Origin: Chloroflexi bacterium B3_Chlor
GTDB taxonomy: Bacteria > Chloroflexota > Anaerolineae > UBA7937 > B3-Chlor
Assembly (NCBI GenBank): GCA_005223035.1
Contig: NJBK01000009.1
Span: 7,613 to 71,612 of the forward strand
Length of the DNA stretch: 64,000 nt
Direction: 5' to 3'
The translations under genes and the position numbers were made by a program. The notes beneath the pieces were generated by a model, which did not search any database, was not told where the DNA came from, and saw only the letters and a program-made list of their open reading frames with translations. Below are positions 62,557 through 64,000 of the stretch, piece after piece (position 1 is the first letter of the stretch; every line of letters starts with the position of its first letter).

Positions 62557-64000
62557 TCACCTAAGAAGCTGCACTGTCTCCAGCAATACTCTATCTCCCT
62601 GCGGTTGTCCGTAGACATCACGTACTGGCAAGCGCTCGATCGTATTCGGGTTATACATGCCGATCTCAATTACGTACTCGCCGGGCGGAGCCTGTGGATC
62701 CACGAGGATCTCATACTGGTCGCTGATGACTTCCCCTTCTACCCAGCTCGTTGTTGGCGCTTCGCCCCGCTCAGGAATGCTGTCCCTCTGGCCCCAAATA
62801 TGATTCCTCGCATCCAGTAGGTGCGTGAATACCGTGTATGAGATCTGCATCTCCTTCAGGGCTTGCCAGTACAGCGTCAGCTGCAGGGTTTCCCCGGGTT
62901 TCACCTCATTGCCACTCAGATCGTATCCCAGGAACAGCACGCCTTCTCCAAGGGTAGCTTCCATGGGGTGCTGGATTTGGGGAATGGCGAACACACGCGC
63001 TCGACCACGCACCTCAACCTGGCCCAAAGTGGCATCTCCAAGCGTCTCTGCTCCGTCCAAGACGCGAACGAAGACTTCATACTCCCCTTGCGGCATGTCT
63101 GGCGGCAGAGCCAAGTCGTGCCAATCCCTCAGTACCTCGCCCTCTTCCCATTCCGTTGTGGGGTATGTGTCATCCACTGGGCGGCTCGTCTGCTCCAGCC
63201 AGATCTGGGCTTCAGCGTCTTTCAACTGCAAAGAAATAACATAGTCCTGTGCCACATCCTCTGAAGCCCGCCAATAGAGAGCCACGCTGACAGTCCCGCC
63301 AGGGCCGGCAACACGTACCGGCAGGTCATAACCCAAGAGCTGAATGCCAGGCGCGATGTCCTTCTGCGCACCGGGCAATTCCTCGATCGGCTCAACCTTG
63401 GGAGGCACCAGGGGCTTCACCACCTGCAAGGCGCCGACAGTCTGGCTGGTCGTGGTGCCCCCTTTCTCCTCGTCAAAGACGGCGAGTCTCTCCATCGACT
63501 CGGCATCATAGACCACCACTTCGATGTCGTATTCACCCGGCGGAGTGGCTGGCAGGCTCGGCAGGGTGTAATAATCCATCTCTACCTGATCCTCGTTCCA
63601 TCCGGATGTGGGCTGCAACTGGCTGCTCAGCAACAGCTTGTCTACCTGTCCAGCCACCCGTCCTCTGCCGTCGAGGAGATAGACCGCCACTTTATAGTCC
63701 TTACTCGGCACACCGATAGCCTGCCACTGCAAGACGACCCAGCCCTCCTTCCCCGACGGTAGCACCTTGCCCTCAACCTCTTCAGGGGTGCTGGTCGGAT
63801 TGAGCGATGAACCCCCGAACGCTATGCCTTCCAGGCGCAGTTCATCGCCGAAATTGACGTACAGAGGTTCAAATGAGTTTGCGATGGCGAAGGTGGGAGA
63901 AGCAGGCAATGCGTAGGTCACAAGATCGAAGCTCTCGTAGGGCTCCTCATCAGTGTAGCGTCCGTACTTTCTGAGCAAGAAGTCAAGCAGGCCTTTGGGG
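62557..64000 (-). CDS. GT-C glycosyltransferase paralogue 3, C-terminal part only (N-terminus beyond window end)
   Basis: The frame is open to the window edge (..PKGLLDFLLRKYGRYTDEEPYESFDLVTY..), colinear with paralogues 1 and 2. Three C-terminal modules are present. Confidence 0.75.
   Translation of the reverse strand, partial: PKGLLDFLLRKYGRYTDEEPYESFDLVTYALPASPTFAIANSFEPLYVNFGDELRLEGIAFGGSSLNPTSTPEEVEGKVLPSGKEGWVVLQWQAIGVPSKDYKVAVYLLDGRGRVAGQVDKLLLSSQLQPTSGWNEDQVEMDYYTLPSLPATPPGEYDIEVVVYDAESMERLAVFDEEKGGTTTSQTVGALQVVKPLVPPKVEPIEELPGAQKDIAPGIQLLGYDLPVRVAGPGGTVSVALYWRASEDVAQDYVISLQLKDAEAQIWLEQTSRPVDDTYPTTEWEEGEVLRDWHDLALPPDMPQGEYEVFVRVLDGAETLGDATLGQVEVRGRARVFAIPQIQHPMEATLGEGVLFLGYDLSGNEVKPGETLQLTLYWQALKEMQISYTVFTHLLDARNHIWGQRDSIPERGEAPTTSWVEGEVISDQYEILVDPQAPPGEYVIEIGMYNPNTIERLPVRDVYGQPQGDRVLLETVQLLR
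62560..63873 (-). repeat. Three tandem coding modules (A 63391-63873, B 62980-63390, C 62560-62979) in paralogue 3
   Basis: Same motifs (LQLTLYWQALKEMQISYTVFTHLLDARNHIWGQRDSIPERGEAPTTSWVEGEVISDQYEILVDPQAPPGEYVIEIGMY). Confidence 0.7.

Overview
Chromosomal, GC-rich bacterial segment (by eye roughly 55-60% GC; not computed). It holds about 55 protein-coding genes, one tRNA-Val(CAC) and three decayed genes. I see no rRNA, CRISPR array, transposase, phage or integrative element, and no recognisable defence or toxin-antitoxin system. Content is mostly housekeeping plus cell-envelope biogenesis. In order: a partial TolB-like propeller; a TIM-barrel/amidohydrolase/adenine-deaminase operon; ruvB; queH-(GT-C)-DUF2905-queA-xerD; purine nucleoside phosphorylase; a Fur-family regulator with a metal ABC importer; rimO-rodZ-like-recR-ybaB-dnaX on the minus strand; an M23 peptidase; an HldE-domain-II enzyme; murJ; a sortase; an orphan GAF histidine kinase; two paralogous membrane-anchored clan GH-A hydrolases; a PrsA-like PPIase; an LCP ligase; an AAA+ ATPase; an RpiR regulator; a polysaccharide deacetylase; folK; murA. 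The window ends in a >16-kb single-strand glycan-assembly locus (methyltransferase, GT9, 2x GT4, five GT-C enzymes, one frameshifted) that runs off the edge. The gene repertoire and a recurrent 'N-terminal TM anchor + Pro/Thr linker + globular domain' architecture suggest a monoderm Chloroflexota-like organism (inference only). Most noteworthy: (i) tandem GT-C paralogues carry 10 copies of an unassigned ~140-aa module, with mosaic near-identity suggestive of gene conversion; (ii) a QueH epoxyqueuosine reductase is fused to an N-terminal RRXRR/PLMP-like (HNH/IscB-associated) domain; (iii) a MazG-like gene has three in-frame stop codons but no indel; (iv) a GH18-like domain with its catalytic Glu replaced by Arg is fused to a GH-A domain. 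I did not find a clear self-contained novel system. These four are the best candidates, and all need database or structure checks I cannot run here.
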